Positions 62,922 through 64,000 of a stretch of DNA of 64,000 nt are shown here, piece by piece (the first letter of the stretch is position 1; every line of letters begins with the position of its first letter). Location: positions 868,001 through 932,000 of the forward strand of contig OZ237742.1 of assembly GCA_965178125.1 (NCBI GenBank). Reading direction: 5' to 3'. The stretch comes from Bilabrum cf. latius (Eukaryota). A program made the translations under genes and the position numbers. The notes below the pieces were generated by a model that saw nothing but the letters and a program-made list of their open reading frames with translations, did no database searches and was not told the DNA's origin.

Positions 62922-64000
62922 GTACACCAAGGAAGCAGCCCGCCGAGGAGAGGCCTTGTGGTTGAGCCGCCACCGCCACCTGCCGGGCAGGCAGAAGAAT
63001 TAGTGGCTAGAGCTGGCATGGCTGGCGGCGGAGCATAGGCCGGCGCGTCAGCCGCATCGTCGTCCTCCTCCTCGTCTGCCGCTGCAGCCGCCGGCAACGA
63101 ATGGAACCAGGCTCAGGCCGGCCAGGTGCCCTCGTCTGGCCACTACCAGACAACCGACCGCAGGCTCGGACCGGATCCGCAGTATCACGGTTACGGGGGG
63201 AACCAAGCCAGGCGGTTCTCGATGCAATCGAGCAACGGTGGCGTGGGTCCAGCTGAGCGCGAAGGGCAGCCAGGCAGCGTAGATCAAAGGGCTGCGGGGG
63301 GACTGCAGCCCGGACAGCTGCCGAACTTCCCGCTCGGTAACGGACCGTCGCACGGCCGGGCAGCGGACAGCAGGCGGGACATGATGGCATGGAATGTTGG
63401 CGCCGGTGAGTCGCGGCTGTCCGTGTGGGAGCGCCACCTGCCCGGCGAAGACGCGAGCGCAGCAGCTGGCGTTGCCACCATGCAGCCGGTGCCCCCAGCC
63501 AGACATCCCTCTAGACAGTCGTCGCATGGCAGCGAGTCGGTGGCGGTGCATGGCTGGAGGAGGAGGTTCATCCCGGGGCCGGACCACACCGTCGTTGGTC
63601 TCGACGGCGCCCTCATGGCCGACACGCAGATCAAGTGGAAGCAAGGTCTACTTCTGGTAAGGATGCTCACGGTGCTCCGATGGGGTATAACACCCCTGCT
63701 GCTACGCCTCCCTCGGTCCCTCGCCGGCCCCATCATTTTTTCTCTCTCTGCTTGCTGTCTCCCCTACTGATATCGCAGCCTCAGCAGCTGCTTGCAAACG
63801 GAGTGTGGCAAGCGCACTGGCGCATCGGAGGGGGTACCTTCTCCGAGGTGTATGCCTTGCGTAACACCAAGACAAGGACCACTCTCGCTGCAGCAAAGGT
63901 GGAGCGGGCTGGACAGAGGCCCACGGTGGAGCTTGAGTCCGTTGTGCTAGCCTATCTGCAGAGGTACCCGTTCTTCCCAAGGCTCTATGGCCTCGTGTGA
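62061..64000 (+). CDS. CK1-group (tau-tubulin-kinase-like) protein kinase, 5' part, with a long Gly/Met/Gln-rich N-terminus; intron ~63657..63778; continues beyond the window
   Basis: WRIGGGTFSEVY...AAAKVERAGQRPTVELESVVLAYLQRYPFFPRLYG (kinase subdomains I-IV). Five TAG=Q upstream. The final GTGTGA probably starts another intron. Confidence 0.72.
62880..62918 (+). repeat. (CAG)13 polyglutamine microsatellite
   Basis: Uninterrupted CAG run in the kinase reading frame. Confidence 0.95.

Noticed and set aside
1-64000. Mass pseudogenisation or sequencing error as the cause of fragmented ORFs
   Set aside because: Interruptions are almost only TAG, with no frameshifts, and they fall at Gln consensus positions in otherwise intact housekeeping genes.
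1-64000. TAG as pyrrolysine, Leu, Tyr or Glu, or the ciliate code (TAA+TAG=Gln)
   Set aside because: Diagnostic columns are Gln. TAA is absent from long reading frames apart from one ambiguous case at 46316, and it sits at plausible C-termini.

Overview
GC-rich, gene-dense eukaryotic nuclear DNA from a protist. The style resembles a Cafeteria-type bicosoecid stramenopile, but that is an inference. The main result is that the window only makes sense under a non-standard genetic code in which TAG encodes glutamine while TGA and, less often, TAA remain stops. The supplied ORF track is fragmented by this. Reading TAG as Q joins the fragments into about 22 intact genes carrying roughly 120 in-frame TAGs (manual count). 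TAG sits at conserved Gln positions (SNF2 GLGKTxQ and TGTPIQNN; mitochondrial carrier KTRLQLQ) and swaps with CAG between tandem paralogues. The window opens with a 1894-bp tandem array (3 full copies plus 1 partial) of a glycine-zipper protein gene with two hypervariable segments. Then come a Rim2/SLC25A33/36-type carrier, a cyclic-nucleotide PDE, a SAP-like + NPPY amino-methyltransferase, a PH-like + LRAT protein, an ankyrin protein, a 3R-MYB, a SMARCAD1/Fun30-like SNF2 ATPase, a membrane RING ligase, a tandem-USP protein and a p25alpha/TPPP protein. The second half holds a ~3340-aa ASH-domain protein, a second ankyrin protein, a DUF4185/DUF5005-like secreted protein, a CDPK, two F-box-like proteins, a hypothetical protein and the 5' part of a CK1/TTBK-like kinase. 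Nine short GT-AG introns were inferred. No RNA genes, CRISPR arrays or transposons were recognised. All domain calls are by eye, without database searches.
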